The notes beneath the pieces were generated by a model. That model had not been told where the DNA came from. It made no database searches and was given only the letters and a program-made list of their open reading frames with translations. A stretch of DNA of 64,000 bases, taken from the NCBI GenBank assembly GCA_050084985.1, contig JBITNC010000001.1:117986001-118050000 (forward strand). The letters run 5' to 3'. Positions 53,141-64,000 of the stretch are shown piece by piece. Every line of letters begins with the position of its first letter. The stretch's first letter is position 1. The position numbers and the translations under genes were made by a program. This stretch comes from Nageia nagi. Taxonomy: Eukaryota > Plantae > Pinophyta.

Positions 53141-55599
53141 ATTAATTAGAACACATACATATTTTGCTACTTTAATTTTAGTTAAGATGTTCTTACCTCT
53201 ATCTTGGTGAATGTAGTCAAGGGCATACCTATTTTAGGTTATTTAGGAAATTATACTAGAGGTTTAGGAGGTTTTTCATCATGTTGATATTCTCCTTCAT
53301 TTTATATCATTTTTAAAGCTTTAGTAGGTACTATTTCTATGAAATTCATGCTTTGGATGCAATCTGGTAGAGCATTAATGTTGTACTTTTTAGTTGTAGA
53401 CACCTTCCATTTTAATGAACGTACATTCTCATATTGAACAAAAAGAATCTAATGAATGTGGATTTGTAGGGTGTAATTCTAATAATTCATATTTTTTCAA
53501 AATATCCATAATAACTTTAGTATTGTTATTGAAAAAATATTCGATTCTATCATTATGAGTCACTGATTATTTCACAAATCTAATATTTACATGAAAGATA
53601 CCAAGATCAACATTCTTAGATTCATTTTCAAATGTATCAGCACTAGATTTATACTTTCAAAGTTATCATCACCAAATTTAATATTAAATTTTTTTATGTT
53701 TGAACAATAATATTTATTTGACAACTAGAATTAACAAATTTATAATCATCTTCATCAGTTGCTATCCTATCATTTGGATCAGGTTCAGGAATTGGAGAGG
53801 TCTATCAAGGTTTATTGTTGTACTTATTCTAATTTTATCAAATTGAACCCTACCTCTTGAGACCTTAGGTTCATCTAAATTTTAAAATATCTTTAGGACA
53901 TAAGTAGAAAAAACCCTAATTTTATCACTTTAGTGAGATACTATTTTAACTACTTCAAGTAAAGGAGAAAATAGTAGCACAAAAGGATTCATGAATCCTA
54001 AATAATGATGCCTTAGAATGGATATCTAGGTGTGGAATAAATCTCGCAATCACCAATAAGTAGACCCTAAATTATGGTAAACATAATAATTACAATTCTA
54101 CTGATAAGATGATACTTATTCAATTATACAACATGAATCATGATATATAAAATGATATGATGAACCATGATATATAAATCTTGCAATCACTAATAATTAT
54201 ATAATCTTTGTAATATTCAAGATACTTTTTAAAATATGAATGTGATATATAATATTGCATTGGTCCTAGCACATGGTGTTACATTGTAATATAAATTTTA
54301 TCTTGATCTTTATAATTTTTTCTTTTATTATTTATATAAGTACAAAATATTATTTATTAAATAATTAATAAACATTTTTATCCACCTACAACTACTTAGG
54401 ATAACCAATGTGCTACCTTCCTCAAGCATTATCTCTTGGGACAACTTCTCCACCATAAATTCTTCTGAAGATTTTCACTCATCATCTAAAATAACTTATA
54501 TGTAGTGGTAAAGATATAGAGGTATTATATACAATGCTATGATACAAATTGAACAAATTATAGGCTTTGAACTCCAAGCTCCAATACAAAATGAGATATT
54601 TGAAACTCTCAGGATGAAAATGCATCTAACCAATGATAAAATAAACACATAAATTTTTAGATAAATTTAGATAGATAAAGTTTTTCAAAATATTAATTTA
54701 ACCTTATGGTTAGATAAATCATGAAAATATATTTCCAATGATTACTCACATGCCTAAATTAGAGCTACAGATCTCCTAAAATGTTAATTTGAAGTTACCA
54801 AACTCAAAACAACTTTTCAAAACTAAAAATAGTGCAAACTATTAGAGTACCAAAATCTAAACATTTCTAATCAGTTACAACATTTCCATATTGAAGGAAA
54901 TTAAAACAAAAATGTATACTATCATACTTTTTTAGGTTCAAAACAACTTGAACTCTACCAACTTATAGGAAAGTTAGAAATTCTTAGAAAGTTGACTGAT
55001 TTGCTAAGATGACTTTAAAGGGTTGTAACTTGGTCAAACCTTAATGAAACCTAACACTATTATACATGAAAATTATTATCCTAAAATTCTCTATCAAATG
55101 GTAAAAGTATAGAAAACATTGGAGAATAAAACAAGGTTCAAAAATAAATCTTAATAAAATACTCCATAAAGCTAAGTAAGATTGTAAAAATATAGGTTTG
55201 TATTTTGTGATTTTTGAGTGTGTTCCACAAATAAAGTATGGTAATTTATATATGGTTGTAAAGTTATTCAAAATATATATCCAACTAAAAATAAATCATA
55301 TAAAATGGAGGCATAGAATGAAAGTTGTAGCCTCCAAAAGGAAACTAGTGTATTAGGAATGGTTTGGAACAACTACAAAATATCTTAGAATCTAATTCTC
55401 AAAACATAAAACTAATAAATACCCACATAGATAAAATGACCTCAAATATATCAATATCATCTTGAAATATAGTTAAAGCACTCATATGAATATATATAAG
55501 TATTTTTTCATACAAATAAGATTTGAATTGTAAAACACACCACATAGCCATAGAGAATTACAAATTAAATATGAATGCTTTCTATTAGAGCCAAAATGG

Positions 55600-57635
55600 T
55601 AGGGTAACATTATAATAAAATCATTAAACTAAAATGGAAAATGAAGTTCTATTTATACAAAGAGAAAATGGAGTGTTTTAGACTCTATGAGTTTTAATGG
55701 ATTACATATCCACTCAAAGAATTAGGAAAAATATAAATGGTATCTAGTACTTTCTTACAAAAGGTATGGGCATCCATGATTCTCAATCTACCAAAAATAG
55801 AAACTAAGATTGAGAATTAAGTGCTCAACTAGTAAGCTTGCAACTCCTACAAGTAGGACTAATTTTTGTAGGTGAACACAATGTCAAAAAGTAGTTGTTA
55901 GCAAGTTGATAAGAGTTGATTAAAAGTGTGGAATTCAAACATAGAACACTAAATTATTTCATTCTCACTCTTAATGTGAATGGTATGAATTCCAAGTTAT
56001 TTTTGGAGATTAAGGAACCAATCCTTATGTAGGGCCTTGGTAAAAATATAAGCATGTTGGTATTCATATTTACAAAATATAAATTTAATAAATTCATCAG
56101 TCACCAAGTTCTTAGTCATAGAAATAGTGTTGGTGTTGCAACAATGTAAAGGAGTGTCTAAATATGCTAAATTATTTTTTAATATGCTTGATTTGTTTCT
56201 AAATATAAGTGTCTTGTTAGAGAATATGAGCTTTTTGTTATAGGATATGAGCATGTAGTGGTAGAAGACAAGCATCTTATTACAAAAAAAGAGCATCTTG
56301 TTGCATAAGATGAGCACCTTATCAAAGAAGATGAGAACACTATAATTTTAAGAATGTAATAAACCTATTTTTAATAATTTGGACTAAATTTGATCTCTAA
56401 ATATGAGATAAATTCACCATTGGATAGATATAATGGAGTACATATGAATTGAGTACTCAATGCAGATGGGTGTCCTAATAGGTAAGATGATAAACATCTT
56501 CTAGAGCTTAATTTTGATGCAAATTGGATCATGTGACCACTCATTTGATATGTACTCGACAATATCTATCTAATGATGAGGTTATTACATTATTTAGAGA
56601 TCATATTTGGTACAAATTACTAACAACTAAGTTTAGTATATTCTTAAAGTTATAAGTTGCTCATGTTCTCCAATAAGATGCTCATGATCTTATGCAACAA
56701 GACACTCAACTTTTGTAACAAGATACTCATCTTATATAACAAGAAACTCATATTCTCCCACTAGACAATCATCTCCTAAGACACTCATCTCCTCTAATAA
56801 GACACTCATCATCTCTAGCAAGATATTTGACTTCTCCAACAATATTTCTATCTTCTACTCTTATAAGTTAGTCTTTTTCTCTTTTAGATCCATACTCATT
56901 TCACTATAGCACTTAATTTCAATAGGTGATTCACTTAGGAAAACTAAAAATATTTATAAGTTATAGGTGATAAGGTGTTAAATAGACTAAGATAGTTTTG
57001 GATAATTTATATAAAAAGTACTTTGAAGTAATAAAACATTTATTAGCTGACCAAGAAAAAAATAAAACTAGGAAAAATTAAGCTCCTTGGGCCCAAGTCA
57101 GTGATCAAATAAATAGCAAAATAAAAAAAAAATCATAAAAATCATTATATTGCAATAAATAATCATTATGCATTTATGTAAGGAGACAAGAGATCTAAAA
57201 AATAATAAAGCATAGTCAAACGTGCTTTTCCTATCATCAAGATTGTCATCCTAGTCAATATTTATGTATGCTTTAAGGATATTAATCAAATGATATATAC
57301 CATAGACCAACAAATTTGGTACCATTGACATACCAAAATATTCTCTTAGCTACTTTTTAATGAGATTCATGTGGAGAGTGCATGAAATGAACCATAAGGC
57401 TAACTACATACATGATGTCCAATCAAGTAGTTGTGAGATACACTAGAATGCCAATGAGTGATGAGTATAGGATGGCATCCACAAGAAGATTAGAGTCTAA
57501 TTTCATTAATTTGCAACCCAAATTTGTTGGTGTACCTATTGATTTTCAATCCTTCATGGTGAATTTGAATTAAAGTTCATCAACATACTTGGCTTGAGTA
57601 ATAAAAATGCCACTAGATGATTAGTTTACTTGCAT
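55600..57635 (-). mobile_element. Ty1/copia remnant (RT-RH 3' end, PPT, probable LTR), interrupted at ~56175-57180
   Basis: TQAKYVDEL..KF.MKD..SIGTP (~57530-57600), LDDRKST (~57220), CNTNTISMTKN and QHAYIFTKAL (cf. QIADIFTKAL) in ORF 55997-56317; PPT-like TTAAGAGTGAGAA on minus near 55965. Left boundary approximate. Confidence 0.85.
56200..56850. repeat. Foldback-like imperfect inverted repeat with outer ~21-bp tandem subrepeats
   Basis: ~56200-56454 pairs with 56539-~56800; 84-bp spacer; outer units like AACAAGA(C/T)(A/G)CTCATCTT. Confidence 0.85.
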
Positions 57636-57639
57636 ACTA

Positions 57640-60600
57640 TTGATTGATATAGTGTAACCTCAAAGGGTTTGGTTTGGTTGTATTCTTTAATACCCACAAT
57701 AGTAGGTTCCTTGAGAGAGTAGAAGGTGGTGGAAATGCACTCATGTTGGTTTTCTACTCAATCTCCAGATTATAGGTTGGTTCCTATCTATTCTAAGGGT
57801 TTCAAGTAACAAAAAAGTGATAGAAAGGTAAATAGTTATATGAAATAGATAAACAACTAAAGTAAAATAGAAATAAGAAATATACAACCCATGCATTGCA
57901 ACATAGGTAGCAATCCATAGCCAAGATGAAGAATAGTAAGTTATCTTACCCTTGGAGTCTCATAATCACAATACATAGCCGTAATTTTTAAGGAAACATC
58001 TCACACATAATATTTACAAAAGTAATAAACAACACTTATTACATGAGGGAAATGCATTATCTATTTGTATTATCATAGGTGAAAGCATCTTACAAATTTG
58101 TAAAAATTTGCTAAAATGTTCAACCTTTTTAACTTCTAACAATTTACCATTTATACATCTTTCTCCAATGTTGGGTGGTTGTATCTCATTAATATATATA
58201 ATTACATATCTTGAATGCAGCTAGCACAAAAAACTATTCATAATAAATACTACAACTATGTTAGATTACACATTAAATAAGTACTAATAGCATGACTATC
58301 TAGGAATTTGTAATTTTTGAATAGTCATGTCCATAGAGCCATAATCCTTCTGACATGTTGCTAATTGCTCCTTATTTGGCTCTATAGTTGATTAAAAATG
58401 GCACTATAGTTGATTGAATGACTTCTTATCTACAATTTGATAGGTATGATCTAGTACTATGCTCTATTGGTAGCTATGTACTTCTCTATAACTATTAATT
58501 ATCCATAGTATAGTTGTGAATGAACAGAGTAATGGGGATTTGTGAATAATATATCAACTTACTTCGAGAAGGAACTACCATTGCTATGTTGAAATGAGTT
58601 AGAATCAACACATTAACAGGGCCTTAGGGGTCAAACAATTAAGATCAAGTGGACCTGGGTGTTACTTCTTACCCATTAATCTTACCTCAATTTGGTTGAT
58701 CTTATTCTCTTTTTTTGGGCTTTATTGATGATCTTGCTCTTTCAAGACTTGCTAATTTTAGCCAAAAATTATGACATCATGCTCAAAATCTGCTAGCTCT
58801 ATTTGATATCTTCACAAACCTTCACCCACCATTACTTATTTCATGACCTGCTAACTTTCACCCAAAACTATGACATCATTGCTCAAAATTGGTAGGATCT
58901 ATTTGATATCTTGGACCTGTATTTACATAACTCCCATATGCTTTGTATTTACACAACTCTTAAACACTTTGTATTTACATAACTTCCAAACACTTTGTAT
59001 TTACACAACTCTCAAAATTTTGTATTTACACAACTCCTAAACACTTTGTATTTACACAACTCCTAGAAACTTTGTATTTACACAACTCCCAGACACTTTG
59101 TATTTACATAACTATTGAACACTTTGTATATACATAACTCCCAGATACTCTTTATTTACACAACTTCAACACACTTTATATTTACACAACTCTCAAACAC
59201 TTTGTATTTACACAACTCTCACACACTTTCTATTTATACAACTCTCGAACACTTTGTATTTATGCAACTCTTGAACACTTTGTAAGGAATTTTACAAGGC
59301 AAAATATCTAAGATAAAGACTTTCTTATATAATAGCCAAATTATATATACAATAGCCAACTGCTAATAACTCCTGAAATTCTTCAAATTAAGAGCTTATA
59401 GAAAATCCATATTTTATGTCAAAGGGATAGAATTAGAATAAAAAGAATTTGTGAAAAAAATAAAAGAATGATAATGTATTACCCCAGCTCAGAGTGTGAT
59501 ACTAATGGAATACAATGTTTTTGGTGACTCTTTAGGGTCTCTGTCTATTGGAGAATAGGACCCACTACTTGCTACTTCTAGTTGCTTTGTTCAAATGTAG
59601 GTATGGTAGGGTCTTAGATGGTGGAATTAGCACTATTATGAGGAATGGGTGCATATTCTTATTTAAACCCTTAAGATCTTGACAATCAACTTACGATAGA
59701 ATGTGGGATGCTTGAATCTTTACAATATCTACTTTGAAGTGCATCAGGACATTTTCTAACCTCCCAATGTGTAGGAACCTTGTAACTACCTCTTGAGTGA
59801 GGTCATTTATTTATTGTAAATATGATATTTGCTTCTCAAAAAAGGACTATTTAGGGAATTGAATGGTATTGGCTACCCAAATAGTAGCACTACCCTATAC
59901 ATTATGTTCTTCCCATGATTTGGGAGCTTTCATCTCAATCAAAAAATTAAAGAATTTATTAATGAATTCTAGCTCTATTATGAGCTGGTGCTTACCAATT
60001 CCATGTTGAATGCCAAATTTTGGAGTTTGCATATATATTGGATCCTCCTTAAATACAATTATCTATGTCTAGGACTAATGGTTGCTATGTCCTTCTTAGT
60101 AAGGACTCTTAACTAGTTTTGCATTTTCTCTAAAACTGACTTAAAAATATCTAGACCTAGTTGATAGAGAGTGGTTTGTGTGTTGAATTGCTTGATTTCT
60201 TGGAGTGCATGTTCCTTTAACAAATACAAGTGTGATAATTTCAATATTATATCTTTGACTTGCTCCACCAAGGATTTTCTAAAATCATTTATGAATAATA
60301 ATAATTTTAAATTATCATCAGATAATACTTTGTTAATAGCAATGATAGTTTGTAGCTTGGCCTCAACTTGCTTGATCTTTTGAGCATCTATGACTATAAC
60401 CTAAATTTTAAGATCTTGTATTATTTGATTAGCACCATATAACTTAGCCTTTATTGTTGTCAAGCTCTTTTCAAATTCTAACTTCTACTTAATAAGCTTT
60501 GCAATCAAGTCTTTATTTTTATTCTACAACTTAGCCATTATTTTATCTTTAAGAAAGTAGTTTTTCTTAAACTAATCTATTTTTTATTTAATTTCTCTAT

Positions 60601-63500
60601 CTTAGTCTCCATTTCCTAAAGAATTTTACCATCCATCATTGAAGTATTTACAAGGAATCTAGATTGGTCAATTGCTAGAGCACTATGCATATTTACATCA
60701 ATTATTACCATGGGAGTAGTATCTAGGTGTCCTTGTTTGAAAGACATTTATGCTATTTTAATATCTTTTGTTTCTATCACTTTACTCAAAATTCTTGACT
60801 ATTGCTCAAGGAGCATAAGAGGCTTATTAAAAAAAGTTATCCAATTAATGGCCTCTATAATTTTTATAGAAAAAATAGATTTAATCTCCTCTTGGGAGGC
60901 TGTAGGAATTAAAGAATGGGAAAGAGTAATTACAACTGAGGTAGATGTCATGATTGATTATGCAAATTCTAATTGCTTGGGAGGTGTAGGATCTTGAATT
61001 TCTATCTCTTTCTCTACCTCCTCTAGGACCTTATCATCATCATCATTTTTATCCATTGGGTTGGAGTCTCTTTTCCTCTCAGATTCATCATCATCATCAC
61101 CGTCATCACCTAGTCCACCATTGGGTGTAGCTATTGCAGATCTACTAGCTCCAATTACATTCCCCCCACATTGTTGAACCTACATGCATTCCTTTTTTGG
61201 GGTTTTTTCTTATGTTAGGACTTCTTATTGGGCACTAGTGTCTACATCTTGGGGCTCTCATAATTCCTCTATATCAAAATTTTATACCTCTTTTGTTGCA
61301 ACCTCTAAAGTTTCTTCTATGATTTTTGGAGGTGGAGGTACAATCTTTTATGATCATGTTTGAGTGGTGTAGGGCCTTTTAATAGGTTTTTCATCCTTCT
61401 CTAGGGTTTGTTATTTCTCAACAAGGGTTTGAATTCTCCTTCTCTTTTTTGAAGAAGACTCCTAGAAATTCGTGGTAGTATTCAAGGGATTTTATTCTCC
61501 CTTTTTTTAGACTCTACTGAGTTGGATGGCTATCCAATCTATGCTCACCTCTTCATTGTAATAGATTTTCCTTGAAAATTTAGAGGAAGAGGCTGGCCTA
61601 ATTTTAGCAAAGGGTCTTTAGCATATTCAACTTCCTAGAGTTAATCATATTTGAATTTTTCAAATAATTCACTCTCAATATGATGAATCTTTATTGTATA
61701 CTCAAATCTAAATTTTGTAAAATAGTGGATTTTATTGGTGCCACACCCAAAACCTATTAACTAGGCAAGTACTTTTGGGTTAAGGGCAAAATATTGCCTC
61801 TTATTTTCCTAGTTCCTATATGTCTTTATTCTCTCAAGGTCCATCCAAGCCTTGTTTAGAGGTGTGAACTCCCACTCAAGTTACATTTCTGCTTCTTACT
61901 TAGTTTTATTTACAAAATATTCCACATGAGGTCTATACTCATGGGCAAAGGTTGGATGCTTCTTACTTGACCTTATTACTCTATTCATTTCTCTAAAAGG
62001 GTCATACATTCATGGAACTTTTTCCAAATCTAATTTAAAATTTTGTACAAGGAATTTTGCTATGCTATCATTACACCCTACTTATAAAAGAATGAAATTT
62101 TCAATAGAATTTGGTATATTACAATAGATTTAAAACTACCCTTGAACACATACTTGTTCTTTATGGAATAAATTTATCTTCCCATCTCTATTGAATACAA
62201 CCAAGGAGTTAGATACTTGGATAAGAAAAAGGGTTTTTCAAAATACCCATACCTCATCATCATGATGCGATCTTTTAGGAAGTACCAATTATTAACTTTG
62301 TTTCTTCCTTGTAGCTACCATATTACACTATTATGTAGTCTACTAGGGAGTATTTTGATCAAAATTTACACTATTATTGCATAGAATATATTCATGAACT
62401 CATATTATGATCCATGCAAGTTACTCAAAATTGGCACTATCAAGTCAATTGGCATTAGTCCAGCATTAGGATTCATCGGATGAACTGGAAACCCCACCTC
62501 TACAAGTTTATCAATATTTTGATGGGAAAAGAGCCATTAAAGATATGAAGAATATTTGAAGTTTGATTTTTAAATTTTAAATAGACATCTCTTTATTTCA
62601 TTAGCAATGAAAGTTGAGAAGTCATAGCAAACATGAGCCTCTATGATATTATAAGCCATACATACTATGGCTTCATCTACTTCAATCTAGTTTTTTTTCC
62701 CAAAATAATTGCTAGTGCCAACAACACTTCTCTATCCCTTGTCCTCTCAAATATGGCTATCTCATAGCTTATGCATAGTTGTGTCACTCTATGATCTTGG
62801 TATCTCTCACCAATCTAGTTTATTATCACTTCTTTGTTACAATAGAAGCCATTCTTCTCTCTTTTCAAATCAATTTATTATTTTACATGGAAGGTCTAGT
62901 TAGTTGGGATAGCAAATACTTGGATAATAGAGTCAGGGGAGTAGTCTAATATTACTTCAAAATTTAGCTCCAACTCATCTCCCTCCTTTGGGTTCTTGAA
63001 CATTTCTATCTAATGACCTTGTTGGTCATGTCTATGTGCCACTGAATATAATAGCTTAGGGAAAGTAAATGATTCATAAGGCACATAATAGGCTAGGCCC
63101 TAGTCAATCATGACATCCTTTGTGTGTGCTAGTGATTTCCCTTTTTTAGCAACTTCAAGTGTCATGTGTTGTAGAAGAATGTAATTAGAGTTTACTCTCC
63201 ATGTATCAATGTGATTCATCATTCGCATCTCAATCTAGTTTACTCCTAGAGTATTCTCTAAATACTCTTTCACATGGCTATTAGGTCAATATTGATTTGC
63301 TTTATTTTAGCTACAGATAAAGAATGGAAAGTTACCATGGTGTGAACACTCTTTTTGGAACCTCTAGTTTGCATTTGAGATTGTAATCACACTATGCAAG
63401 CTCCTATAAATTTTTGTCTTCTCACTCTACTTAGCTCTAGAATTTGGAAGCTCTGAATGCTCTAGAAACTTATATGCTAGAAAGTGGCTAAGTGTTGATT
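57640..63500 (-). mobile_element. Probable 3' portion or derivative of another LTR element (LTR-like end, UTR repeats, extra ORF remnant at ~59800-63400)
   Basis: Copia homology stops at ~57635. The minus strand has FKYSSYL*WLFSHQN (~62560) and WYFLKD..MRYGYFEKPF (~62230-62290), plus acidic and coiled-coil-like tracts. Boundaries uncertain. Confidence 0.5.
58918..59284 (+). repeat. 26-bp minisatellite, about 14 copies
   Basis: Consensus TGTATTTACACAACTC(Y)(Y)RAACACTT at regular 26-bp spacing (one 25-bp unit). Confidence 0.97.
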
Positions 63501-63749
63501 TATATGGAATGTAGGACATTTTATTCATCTTAGGTTTGTGAGACTTCTATTAATGGTAATTAATGTTAATAGATGTTGAGATCCGTGCATTATATGGATT
63601 GAGCTAGCATAAGTTGGATGAGTTAGCTCAAAGCATGCTAGACTTAATTTATGGTACCCATGTGATAGTTTATGAAATTTGAGAAAATCTTTCTTTAAAT
63701 GTTGCCCTATTAGTTGATGGTTGAGTAGCACAATGGCATTAACACCAAA

Positions 63750-64000
63750 TCATCTTGAATTTATTAGAAAATTATATATATTACGGAGCAAATGGAACAC
63801 ATAAAATATTATAGAAAATATAAACATAGAAAACACATAAATAAGAGAGACACAGATATACATGATTCACCTAGTTTGGGCTACATCCACACCAAATAGC
63901 CAATCCTTCCTTTCTATTATCTAGCAAAGTGAAGAGATACAACCTATAGTAGATCTGCTATAATATCCTCTATTTTCTCTCATAGTCTCACATCTTTATT
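63750..64000 (-). repeat. Probable LTR end with an adjacent decayed PBS; continues beyond the window
   Basis: PBS-like TTTGGTGTTAATGCC on minus at ~63736-63750; GATTCACC..GGCTACATCCAC resembles a motif common near plant LTR ends. Confidence 0.35.

Larger units (their letters stand above)
40113..54390 (-). mobile_element. Tat-like LTR element with gag and antisense PMD but no pol of its own (element D), inserted in the chromovirus
   Basis: LTRs 40113-40805 and ~54059-54390 (internally deleted); TSD ACTAC at 40108-40112 and 54391-54395; PPT (CAAAGAGGGGAAAAA on minus) at 40806-40820. Confidence 0.9.

Noticed and set aside
54536-54595. Met-type PBS and 5' LTR of the chromovirus
   Set aside because: Two decayed GCTCTGATACCA-like words compete, and the downstream sequence does not visibly match 35536-36589, so no boundary is called.
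55997-56317. 106-aa ORF with heptad-like repeats as a real protein
   Set aside because: Chimera of the 21-bp tandem repeat and the copia RNase H end.
58918-59284. CRISPR-like appearance of the 26-bp array
   Set aside because: The variable part is only ~5 nt and related between units; no unique spacers, no cas genes, eukaryotic TE context.
148-63731. Remaining short ORFs in the track as functional CDS
   Set aside because: All are 60-120 aa chance ORFs or fragments of pseudogenised gag/pol; no intact TE or host ORF exists in the window.

Overview
AT-rich eukaryotic DNA that looks like a large plant genome, probably a gymnosperm (inferred from the retroelement types). No intact host protein-coding gene, rRNA, tRNA or CRISPR array is visible. 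Nearly the whole window is old, pseudogenised, partly nested LTR retrotransposons eroded by methyl-C deamination: several Tat-type Ty3/gypsy elements, one chromovirus, one copia remnant and non-autonomous derivatives. Four elements can be delimited by LTR pairs and 5-bp target-site duplications (TSDs): 15438-20106, 23337-35530, 40113-54390, and 45891-52237 nested inside the last. The exception is a CpG/CHG-retaining, non-TE island at about 21300-22550. It contains a perfect 177-bp-arm palindrome beside a (TA)n tract and a TATA-like box. Also notable: pol-less gag + antisense plant-mobile-domain elements, two placements of the extra archaeal-type RNase H, two older fold-back structures, and a candidate tRNA-derived SINE in two copies. 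All assignments come from reading and hand-translating the sequence; no database search was run.
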